From positions 1 through 26,937 of IMG/VR virus record IMGVR_UViG_3300020045_005144: a stretch of DNA of 26,937 bases; one strand, written 5' to 3'. Positions 8,281-15,738 of this stretch are shown here, piece after piece (within the stretch, counting starts at the first letter, position 1; the number at the start of each line of letters is the position of its first letter). The notes under the pieces were generated by a model. It searched no databases and had not been told where the DNA came from. It worked only from the letters and a program-made list of their open reading frames with translations. Made by a program: the position numbers and the translations under genes. The DNA comes from a virus. Taxonomy: Duplodnaviria; Caudoviricetes.

Positions 8281-8411
8281 TGTTGGTGTGTTTTGGTTCA
8301 CAATCGCACGATTCACAAGTGCCGTTACATTTCGAATTCAATGATAACGAACTTGAAAAAGTCTTAGTTCAAAAAGTAATTTCATTATTAAACCAAAAAT
8401 TAACGTAGAAA

Positions 8412-8858
8412 ATGAACCTAACAACAACTTACACCGTAAAAATGCAAAACGGCTCTGTGTGGGTGTTTAAATACAATTTAAACGGCATTTTAGTTTACTT
8501 CGATGTATTGGAAGGTGAGCTCTCTCAAAACCAACAAGACTTTTTATATCCTCAAGGTAATTTCCCATGGAAAGAACTGCACATAAAAGAATGGTCAAAA
8601 CGGTTTAAAACCGCGATTGTTGAAGTTGGTGAGCGAGATATTTCCTTTGAGGCACTTTGGAACTTGTATAACCATAAAGTTAAAAAGTTCGAAGCCGAAA
8701 AGGCTTTCAAAAAATTAAAGGAGCAAGATGTAATACTTTGTTTTTTATCTATTCCAGGATACAACAAATACCTGCAGAAAAAAGGAACTGCAAAAGCGCA
8801 TTTATCATCATTTATTAATCAACGCTACTTCGAGGACGATTGGAGCAAAGCAATTTAA
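8412..8858 (+). CDS. Conserved-looking hypothetical phage protein
   Basis: C-terminal 'FEALWNLYNHKVKKFEAEKAFKKL...SFINQRYFEDD' resembles helical modules of phage replication proteins. Confidence 0.7.
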   Translation: MNLTTTYTVKMQNGSVWVFKYNLNGILVYFDVLEGELSQNQQDFLYPQGNFPWKELHIKEWSKRFKTAIVEVGERDISFEALWNLYNHKVKKFEAEKAFKKLKEQDVILCFLSIPGYNKYLQKKGTAKAHLSSFINQRYFEDDWSKAI

Positions 8859-8862
8859 AATT

Positions 8863-9147
8863 ATGGCAAAACAATTTTTTAGAATCGCAAAAACTAACGC
8901 ATCAAAAAACAAGGTGCAATTATTAATTATCAAACATTTTGAATTGATTGATAAAACACTTTATGAAAATTTAAGTCATGCGGAAAATATGGTAAAACAA
9001 ACTTTTGAAAATGCTATAAAAGAGTATTCCGGACACGCTAAAATACCAGAATTAAAAAAGCACAACGCCTCAAACGATACAATAATTTATTTAGTTGAGG
9101 ATTTAATCTACACCGACATTATCACAGTTAAAATCGACTTTACTTAA
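8863..9147 (+). CDS. Hypothetical protein
   Basis: 94-aa ORF, tight operon spacing. Confidence 0.7.
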   Translation: MAKQFFRIAKTNASKNKVQLLIIKHFELIDKTLYENLSHAENMVKQTFENAIKEYSGHAKIPELKKHNASNDTIIYLVEDLIYTDIITVKIDFT

Positions 9148-9151
9148 AATT

Positions 9152-9670
9152 ATGATACTACCATTCAGCACACAATTAAACGGAAAACCAACATATTTTG
9201 TTGAAAAAATATTGAAAACATTCGATGATAAAATACTTACTAATGAGGATAAAGAACTAATTAAACTCCTAATTGAATTTGAATATTTTGATGTCTTCAA
9301 ATATGATGAAGTAAAACCGAAAATTCATACTATTCGTGAAGATAAAAATGACAGATGGAAAACAGGAAATAAAATTGACTTTTTTATCAATTCACGTCGC
9401 CCGGATATGTTTCGATTTTGCCACACTCTAAAGGTTGTTAGCGTTCAAAAAATTGAAATATATTATTTTCCATTAACAACAATTCCAGTTCAAAAAGTAC
9501 CAGTTGTAAAAATAGATGGTATAATCATATATGATGCTGCTGCAATAAATCATAGGCAAATGTTTGAATTAGCAATTAATGATGGATTTGAAAGTATTGA
9601 GGATTTTTTCAACTATTTCAATGAAGATTTTACAGGCAAAATAATCCATTGGACCGATGAAAAATATTAG
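9152..9670 (+). CDS. ASCH/PUA-like domain protein
   Basis: 'KIHTIR...WKTG' and 'LAINDGFESIEDFFNYF...GKIIHW' motifs. Confidence 0.6.
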   Translation: MILPFSTQLNGKPTYFVEKILKTFDDKILTNEDKELIKLLIEFEYFDVFKYDEVKPKIHTIREDKNDRWKTGNKIDFFINSRRPDMFRFCHTLKVVSVQKIEIYYFPLTTIPVQKVPVVKIDGIIIYDAAAINHRQMFELAINDGFESIEDFFNYFNEDFTGKIIHWTDEKY

Positions 9671-9672
9671 CC

Positions 9673-9810
9673 ATGTTTAAAACCGAACAAACAAAATTCT
9701 CATGTAGAAAATGCAAACAAGGAATTTGTCAATTTGATAGATATATTCAGTATTGGTGCTTTCCAATTAAAGTTTATAAATGCAATAATTGCTCAATCGA
9801 ATATGTTTAA
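9673..9810 (+). CDS. 45-aa zinc-ribbon microprotein
   Basis: MFKTEQTKFSCRKCKQG...YKCNNCSIEYV, two CxxC. Confidence 0.6.
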   Translation: MFKTEQTKFSCRKCKQGICQFDRYIQYWCFPIKVYKCNNCSIEYV

Positions 9811-9877
9811 ATACTGTAAAAAATGTTTCACAATGCGTTTATTCAAAAATGGTAAATGCACAATATGTAAAAACTAA
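9803..9877 (+). CDS. 24-aa zinc-finger micropeptide
   Basis: MFKYCKKCFTMRLFKNGKCTICKN; overlaps upstream stop and is TAATG-coupled to next gene. Confidence 0.55.
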   Translation: MFKYCKKCFTMRLFKNGKCTICKN

Positions 9878-10056
9878 TGCCAGAAATAACTAAAGTATTT
9901 CAAGTTGATATTACACCAGAGCGATTTCTTGACGCTTGCTCCGATAACGAACTAAAAGAAATCGATTTATTAATCCAAACCGAACGCTTTCAGCAAAGAA
10001 TAAAAGAAAAGCAAATCGGTTTTAATTCACAAAAAACAAATGAAGAAACAAAGTAA
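9877..10056 (+). CDS. Hypothetical protein (59 aa, MPEITKVFQVDITPERFLDACS...)
   Basis: TAATG coupling; fills operon gap. Confidence 0.7.
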   Translation: MPEITKVFQVDITPERFLDACSDNELKEIDLLIQTERFQQRIKEKQIGFNSQKTNEETK

Positions 10057-10255
10057 AAAGCACAGCATTTTAGAAAGCGTTACCAATACTATTATTGGTT
10101 TAGTTATAAGTTATACCATTCAAAGATTAATTTTCCCATTATATGGTATTAAAATAAGCGAAAGCACCAATTTACAAATTACTTTCATATTTTTTGTAGC
10201 ATCGTTTGGGAGATCATATTTATTACGTCGAATTTTTAACAAACTGCACTCATAA
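10040..10255 (+). CDS. Small two-TM phage membrane protein
   Basis: 'QSKKHSILES.TN..IG...RSYLLRRIFN' with two hydrophobic segments. Confidence 0.75.
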   Translation: MKKQSKKHSILESVTNTIIGLVISYTIQRLIFPLYGIKISESTNLQITFIFFVASFGRSYLLRRIFNKLHS

Positions 10256-10467
10256 TGATAACAACTCAAATAATTGAAAAGACAAAAGCATTTCAAGAGC
10301 TTTCGCCAGTAACTCAATTAATCTATCGAAAAAAGGAAATGATGAATAAAGTAAAACAAGAGCTTCAAATTGCTAAAAATGTTGGAATTGAAGCTTATAA
10401 AGGAGTTTACCATCCTCGACCTTATTTATTAAATGTAATTAAAGAACTTCTTGAAAATGGCTGGTAA
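10255..10467 (+). CDS. Hypothetical protein
   Basis: TAATG coupling. Confidence 0.65.
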   Translation: MITTQIIEKTKAFQELSPVTQLIYRKKEMMNKVKQELQIAKNVGIEAYKGVYHPRPYLLNVIKELLENGW

Positions 10468-10786
10468 AGTATTACACGAAATATCATTAGAAAAATTAGA
10501 TGAGATATATAATTTTGTCAGTCTTTCAATTTATCAACTAAAAAAGTTGAATTTAAGAAATGAAGATATAAAAATTTTAATGCCTAATTGGTTTAAGTTT
10601 GTAATGGAACATAGTTATACTAGATATACATATTACAGGACTGCAGAGCAACAATTAATTGAAGCGAAATTTTTTGATATTGAAGTTTATCCACATTTTA
10701 AAAATGAAATTGTAGTATATTGCAAAGAATTTCATTTAAATAAAGAATTAGATCAACCAAAAATATTTGAAATATGCCAGAGTTAA
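10457..10786 (+). CDS. Hypothetical protein
   Basis: ATG at 10457 (MAGK...) overlapping the previous gene end. Confidence 0.65.
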   Translation: MAGKVLHEISLEKLDEIYNFVSLSIYQLKKLNLRNEDIKILMPNWFKFVMEHSYTRYTYYRTAEQQLIEAKFFDIEVYPHFKNEIVVYCKEFHLNKELDQPKIFEICQS

Positions 10787-10959
10787 GATTTGATATGAGA
10801 ACCGCTTATGAAAGTGGCGTAAAAGAACATCCAATGAAAGTAATGAGTGAATTGGGTTACGAAATTATAGACTATGAAGGTATACCTATTGCAGATTGTG
10901 CAATTATAAAAGTAAAGGAAGTCATTTACCCATTAGAAATATATTTAACATTAATCTAG
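10774..10959 (+). CDS. Hypothetical protein
   Basis: 61-aa ORF overlapping previous stop. Confidence 0.6.
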   Translation: MPELRFDMRTAYESGVKEHPMKVMSELGYEIIDYEGIPIADCAIIKVKEVIYPLEIYLTLI

Positions 10960-10964
10960 AAATA

Positions 10965-11348
10965 ATGAAAAAACTAATTTTATTATTAGCGATATTTACA
11001 CTAATAAGTTGTACAGAACAAAAAAACGATTGCAACTTTTCAAGAGTTGAAATAACTGTTGAAAAAAGTAATAACGAACCTCAAAAAATAACATTGAACG
11101 GCTGTTATAAAATTTCAGAACCTAACGAGCTTGGTTTAGTTTCCATTACAGGAAATAACGACAGTACGAAAGTTTACTATGATAAAGCTTCAACAATTTT
11201 AAATATTATTACTGAGGCTGGTCCAGCAAGTGAATGGAGAGCTAGAAAAGGTGATAATATTTTAGTGGTAGAGAAAAAGGATACCTTAGGCTTTATATTT
11301 GGAAACTTGGATAAAAACTTTAAAGGTTCATTGGTATTTATTAAATAA
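10965..11348 (+). CDS. Lipoprotein, accessory gene
   Basis: MKKLILLLAIFTLISC lipoprotein signal from ATG 10965; last gene before terminator. Confidence 0.8.
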   Translation: MKKLILLLAIFTLISCTEQKNDCNFSRVEITVEKSNNEPQKITLNGCYKISEPNELGLVSITGNNDSTKVYYDKASTILNIITEAGPASEWRARKGDNILVVEKKDTLGFIFGNLDKNFKGSLVFIK

Positions 11349-11370
11349 AATGATCCTCTAGAGTTATATC

Positions 11371-11400
11371 AAACCCGGCTAAATTTAGTCGGGTTTTTTT
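11371..11400 (+). terminator. Intrinsic terminator of early operon
   Basis: AAACCCGGCTA...TAGTCGGGTTT stem followed by T-tract. Confidence 0.85.
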
Positions 11401-11416
11401 GTACAATTTTTTTTAT

Positions 11417-11424
11417 TACTTTTG
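11417..11424 (+). promoter_or_regulatory. -7 promoter element TACTTTTG
   Basis: Matches TAnnTTTG; ends 4 nt before ATG 11429. Confidence 0.6.
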
Positions 11425-11428
11425 CTAT

Positions 11429-11656
11429 ATGGCAGCCAAACTCAATACAATACGTCTACACCAGGACATTAAAAAAGAATTTGACAAACTAAGTCAAATT
11501 GAAGAGTATGGAGTGCGTAAATTTTCAATTGAGTTTATCCTTAATAAAGTTGCTCACGAGTTCTACAAATCGCCAAAAACGATTGAAAATATCGTTTTTA
11601 ATCGAACTGGTTTATCTTATCAAAACAATCAAACAGAATTATTTTCACAACAATAA
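11429..11656 (+). CDS. Putative Mor/C-like HTH late-transcription regulator
   Basis: HTH-like 'ILNKVAHEFYKSPKTIENIVF'; sits at the early/late boundary with own promoter. Confidence 0.6.
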   Translation: MAAKLNTIRLHQDIKKEFDKLSQIEEYGVRKFSIEFILNKVAHEFYKSPKTIENIVFNRTGLSYQNNQTELFSQQ

Positions 11657-11674
11657 TGCGAGATTTTTAAAGAA

Positions 11675-12196
11675 TCACGCATTATCAATTATATATCCTG
11701 TTGGATTGTTTGGCTCAATGTTTAAATTGGCAAAAGTTCCGTCCTCAAATACTTCAGCTGCACTATAATCGATTGAACTACATTTATAAGTAATACTATA
11801 TAAGTTACCAGCTCCTCCAGTATCAACAGGAGAAAAAGAAACTCTTTCCATATTAGTATATCCATTTCCGTTAGAACCATGCAAAACCTTGTTTATTAAA
11901 TCAATATTATCTAAAAAACTCAAAGCCTCATCTTGGTTCCAAGAGCCTTTATATGTATCTGCAAAAGTTTCATAAAACAAAAAAACATCAAGTTGTATTT
12001 GTACATTCTGAACTTTTACACCCATACTTTTCATGTCATTACTTCTAAAAGCTAAAAATACTGCAGGCGCTGGAAAAGGATGTTCGCCATCCAAATTGTA
12101 TACTTGCGAATTCCAAAGGTCAATCCATTTTATTGCCGGAACGTTATCACTAATTTTTTGAGCAATTTCTTTGTAAAGTGCTTTAAAATTTTCCAT
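11675..12196 (-). CDS. Mu gp37-like tail terminator/neck protein
   Basis: 'IKWIDLWNSQV...PFPAPAVFLAF'; ATG 12196 just after the upstream stop. Confidence 0.65.
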   Translation of the reverse strand: MENFKALYKEIAQKISDNVPAIKWIDLWNSQVYNLDGEHPFPAPAVFLAFRSNDMKSMGVKVQNVQIQLDVFLFYETFADTYKGSWNQDEALSFLDNIDLINKVLHGSNGNGYTNMERVSFSPVDTGGAGNLYSITYKCSSIDYSAAEVFEDGTFANLNIEPNNPTGYIIDNA

Positions 12197-12197
12197 A

Positions 12198-12695
12198 TTA
12201 TGATTGTTTAAATCGTTTTTCAACTTCGTTTAAAAGCCATTGATCTAAATTTTCCATCATCTTTTTAGAATGCCCTATAAATTGACGTTCTGGAAAGTTA
12301 ATATCTATTTTTCTACTATGTGCTTTTACTTGTTCTCTTTTGCCGTTACGCGTTCTTGAATGCGCTCGTACGCTTTGAATTGCTCTTACGCGCTCACCAT
12401 TATTATGCACAGATGCATAAGGTACGTGAGTTCCAAATTCAATATTTTTATTATCCTCTGAAATGACTGAAAGGCTTTTTCTTAAAAAAGTGGTATCAAT
12501 TAATATTGCGCCTCCTGGTCTTTGGTCTGGAGTTTTTCTTTTACCCCAAGCTTTAAAACTTGCATCTGTAAAACCTTGCTTTTGAAAGCTATCATCAAAC
12601 CATTGCAAACAATAAACTTTAGCGTAACGCCTTGAATCAGCGATTAGCTTTGTGCCAATTGCTAAAAAATCAGGTATTTGCATTTTGTTATTCAT
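12198..12695 (-). CDS. Phage virion morphogenesis protein (Mu gpG-like)
   Basis: 'LIDTTFLRKS', 'GTHVPYASVHNNG', 'PERQFIG'; ATG at 12695 (or 12683). Confidence 0.85.
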   Translation of the reverse strand: MNNKMQIPDFLAIGTKLIADSRRYAKVYCLQWFDDSFQKQGFTDASFKAWGKRKTPDQRPGGAILIDTTFLRKSLSVISEDNKNIEFGTHVPYASVHNNGERVRAIQSVRAHSRTRNGKREQVKAHSRKIDINFPERQFIGHSKKMMENLDQWLLNEVEKRFKQS

Positions 12696-12702
12696 TTTTT
12701 TA

Positions 12703-12710
12703 TATATTTG
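12703..12710 (+). promoter_or_regulatory. -7 promoter TATATTTG antisense to head operon
   Basis: Perfect TAnnTTTG followed by C; upstream TTTG at 12677-12680. Confidence 0.7.
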
Positions 12711-12713
12711 CAA

Positions 12714-12786
12714 TGTAATTAAGCACGCGGTTAACTCCAAGTGTGTCCATTACAGAAGAGCGGTCTATTTTTTAGACTGCTTTTTT
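12714..12786 (+). ncRNA. Predicted ~70-nt small RNA: long hairpin plus terminator
   Basis: Stems TGTAAT/ATTACA, GCACGC/GTGTGT, GG/CC around TTAACT; no ORF; lies between promoter and terminator. Confidence 0.6.
12756..12786 (+). terminator. Intrinsic terminator on + strand overlapping MuF stop
   Basis: AGCGGTCTA-TTTTT-TAGACTGCT then T-tract; no U-tract on the minus strand. Confidence 0.75.
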
Positions 12787-14063
12787 CTTTTATAGCTCTT
12801 TACGGTTTTGCCGTCTTTTGATATAATGTGAACCTCTTTTATGAATTTGTGAATGTTAAAACTCAATATTCTTTCAATGTTATTATACGCGTTATCAACT
12901 GTATCTTTGTTTACTGATAAATCAATAATTACGGTTTCGCATTCTTGATCATTTGCTTTTTTAAGTATCTTTTTATAATTCAATGATTTTGGTGCTTTTC
13001 TGTCAGCCAGTTTGTCATTAATTAGATACTCCGGGTTTTTTACTCCTTTAACAATTCGTCCACTCAAATGAGGTCGAATTATCACATTAACATTAAGTTC
13101 GTCAACAATTATTTTAGCCGTTTCAATATTAGCCGATAAGTCAATTTCATCAGCATAAATACTTACATCAACTTTTTTGTTGTTTTTACCTTTATATATG
13201 GTTTCTTTTGGAGCGTTCAATTTTGACAATTCAGCATTTTTAACCGCGTTTTCATTGGTTTTTAGTAACTGAAAGAAACTACCATTTTTAGTGTAAATTT
13301 CTTTGTCTTTACCAACATTACCTTTAAATTTTACAGGAGGCAAATCATCTGGGATTTTTTCGTCAGCATCTTCAGCTGTAGCGACAACATCACAACGACA
13401 ACGCCAATCTAAAGGCGGATAAAATCTATTCCAAAAATCATCATCTATCGGTTTAATAATTCCGTCAAGTTTTTCATGCTCACGTCTTACTCTACTATCT
13501 CCAACAGTTCTAAATTTTAGGTTTGGAAATAGGTCTTTTGTTTCCTGGAGACGTTCCCATTTTTCTGCCATTTGTGCTGCGGTTTTTGCCGTTTGGTATT
13601 CTGCCTGCAGGTAATTTTTATTAAAGTTTTCATTTACCTTTTTTGCTAATGGCATAAACTCATTGAAAGGTCGAATTTTACCATCGCTATCAACTAAAAG
13701 GTTGTTTAACTCCTCAAGTATTGCATAACTTTTAGCACCCGAAAAAGCGTAAATATTACGTTTTAAATAAAGCGGCGTTTTACCTTTTCCATCTTTCGGA
13801 AATTTGTTCCATTTTGAGCCGTAACCATCAGCGGCGCTTTCCGATAAATCATTATATGTTTGAGTAATAAACTCTTGGTTTAAGTCCTCAGGATTAATCG
13901 TTTTATCGTGTAAATCCTTAGCGATTTTCTCAATTAATTTATCATAAGTAGCAAAACTCAAAGCTTCAAAAACCATACAATCACCGCAACCACAATCGTC
14001 ACTATGATATGATGATGTTATTTGTGTAAAAATTGCATTTACTTGGTTATTCCGCTTTTTTTT
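12765..14063 (-). CDS. MuF (Mu gpF/SPP1 gp7-like) minor head protein with C-terminal CdiA-CT-like PD-(D/E)xK nuclease domain; frame open from 14063, first ATG at 13976
   Basis: MuF motif 'TVGDSRVRREH...DDFWNRFYPPLDWRCRC'; C-terminal 'NPEYLINDKLADRK...KANDQ..ETVIIDL'. Confidence 0.85.
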   Translation of the reverse strand, partial: KKKRNNQVNAIFTQITSSYHSDDCGCGDCMVFEALSFATYDKLIEKIAKDLHDKTINPEDLNQEFITQTYNDLSESAADGYGSKWNKFPKDGKGKTPLYLKRNIYAFSGAKSYAILEELNNLLVDSDGKIRPFNEFMPLAKKVNENFNKNYLQAEYQTAKTAAQMAEKWERLQETKDLFPNLKFRTVGDSRVRREHEKLDGIIKPIDDDFWNRFYPPLDWRCRCDVVATAEDADEKIPDDLPPVKFKGNVGKDKEIYTKNGSFFQLLKTNENAVKNAELSKLNAPKETIYKGKNNKKVDVSIYADEIDLSANIETAKIIVDELNVNVIIRPHLSGRIVKGVKNPEYLINDKLADRKAPKSLNYKKILKKANDQECETVIIDLSVNKDTVDNAYNNIERILSFNIHKFIKEVHIISKDGKTVKSYKRKKQSKK

Positions 14064-15316
14064 TTATCCTCCTCAGTTTGTTGAGTAGCTGGTTGATATG
14101 GATTTGCTTTTTGTCCTAAAATAGTTAATCCAGTCTTTTGTGAAATTTCTTCTGGATCTAATTCAAAATGATTGCCCAAAATACTCACAAGCTCTGCAAC
14201 TTCTTTACTACTTTGCGCCTCTGTATTATCCCAATCAAAATAATTATTTTGAAGTACTGAATAAACTGGACTAATTTTCATTAATCTAGGTAACAATTGT
14301 TGATTGATAATGTTTTTAATCAAAAGTTTGTCGCTTTCAAATCTGTCTTTAGCAAGGCGAAATTGTATTTCCGAACTACCAACAAAACTTTTCTCATCAG
14401 TAAGCCCAGAACCTCCTAAAATCCTTTTACTTATTTCAGTATTGGCACGATCAATTAATTTATCAAAATTATCTGGATTGCCTCCAGATGCATCTTTCCC
14501 AACTTCAAATTTTTCAGAACCACGTCCAACCATAAAACCATTACTTTTAAAGTTTGAAGCAGCTTCAAATAATTGGTTTAATCTTCCATCATCTTCTCTA
14601 TCTGTAGTTATAAATAAACTTGGTACACCATACTTTTCAACATAATCAAGCCAAGAGCCTAAACCCAACTTTTTGGCTAATACAATTGGAGCCATTTGGG
14701 CTAACAGACCAATATCTGAATCTTTACCAACTTGAATATAATAAGGAGCTAGTGAGCCCTCTTTATATTGCCATCCGGTTACGTCTCCTGGTGCTTTTAA
14801 AATGATACCTTTTTTGCTATTGAAGTGAGCCATTGGAATCTCATCAACATTTGCTAACTCATTAGTAATTGAGTCAATATCGTATAATTCCATTAGTACA
14901 TTTCCACGAAAACGACTCATTAAAGCAAATTTTACGAAGTCTTCAAACCAAGTTCTTTCAAATAACCAAGAAAGCTCTGTGTTTTCATCGCCTTTCTCAT
15001 TTACTATTTTAAAAGCAGAACGTTGACAGAATAAAATACGACTATCAATAACTGATGCAAGATGATTATCAAGCATTAAGTTATCATATAGTTTTTGTAA
15101 TGAACTTCTGTCCGGTTCTTCTGGGTCGGTCGCCATTGTAACGGCGGTTTTCCATTCTGCTAAAGTTTGAGCTTGCATCGTTACAGCTTCACGCTCTAAA
15201 TTTTGAGAGGGCGATTTGTCACGAGTAGCCATTGTAACCCTTAATTTCGAATCAGATGCGTTCTTTAAAACGTTATTTTCAAACGCATTATAAAGTTGTA
15301 TAAAAGGATTTTTCAT
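14039..15316 (-). CDS. Portal protein (Mu gp29/DUF935-like)
   Basis: 'DNHLASVIDSR', 'WLDYVEKYGVP', 'ANTEISKRILG'; lies between terminase and MuF. Confidence 0.88.
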   Translation of the reverse strand: MKNPFIQLYNAFENNVLKNASDSKLRVTMATRDKSPSQNLEREAVTMQAQTLAEWKTAVTMATDPEEPDRSSLQKLYDNLMLDNHLASVIDSRILFCQRSAFKIVNEKGDENTELSWLFERTWFEDFVKFALMSRFRGNVLMELYDIDSITNELANVDEIPMAHFNSKKGIILKAPGDVTGWQYKEGSLAPYYIQVGKDSDIGLLAQMAPIVLAKKLGLGSWLDYVEKYGVPSLFITTDREDDGRLNQLFEAASNFKSNGFMVGRGSEKFEVGKDASGGNPDNFDKLIDRANTEISKRILGGSGLTDEKSFVGSSEIQFRLAKDRFESDKLLIKNIINQQLLPRLMKISPVYSVLQNNYFDWDNTEAQSSKEVAELVSILGNHFELDPEEISQKTGLTILGQKANPYQPATQQTEEDKKKSGITK

Positions 15317-15738
15317 ATATAGAAATCGTTATTCTTATTGTTACCAAAAATTGTATTACTACTAATAGGGTTCCCATTTTCGTCAGTTGGAGTTGGTACA
15401 CCATCTAAAGTAATTACACCAGTTGAAATGTCTTTTAGTAGTTTCATTGCCTCGTCGTAATCCTCTTTGTAATCAACAGGAACTTTACGAGCGGCATTTC
15501 TTTTAATTAGTTTATAAACAACCCATTTAGATAATATTTCAATTATTATTTGGTTTTTTATTGGCGTAACTGTATCAAATATTGCCGTAACATTGTAACG
15601 AGTTCCAAGCATCGTTTTTAAAAATGCAATACCTCTCGCTTCTGTATCATCTAAAATATAAGTTTGGTCCTGTGAGCTTTCGTCAATAAAACGCTCATAA
15701 GCCACATCTATTAAATCTTTTTTTTCTAAATAAACCAT
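15313..15738 (-). CDS. Mu gp36/DUF1320-like head-tail connector
   Basis: 'RYNVTAIF', 'EDYDEAMKLLKDISTG'; TAATG coupling to TerL. Confidence 0.8.
   Translation of the reverse strand: MVYLEKKDLIDVAYERFIDESSQDQTYILDDTEARGIAFLKTMLGTRYNVTAIFDTVTPIKNQIIIEILSKWVVYKLIKRNAARKVPVDYKEDYDEAMKLLKDISTGVITLDGVPTPTDENGNPISSNTIFGNNKNNDFYI

Larger units (their letters stand above)
7936..8335 (-). other. Segment inverted relative to the surrounding operon; splits two flanking genes
   Basis: Two minus-strand ORFs within a plus-strand operon; orphan N-terminus at 7894 and orphan C-terminus at 8334-8408. Confidence 0.8.

Noticed and set aside
12696-12740. N-terminal extension of the gpG-like gene from TTG 12740, or a tiny immunity peptide
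   Set aside because: ATG 12695 has a typical A-rich leader; the region is better explained by the + strand promoter and hairpin
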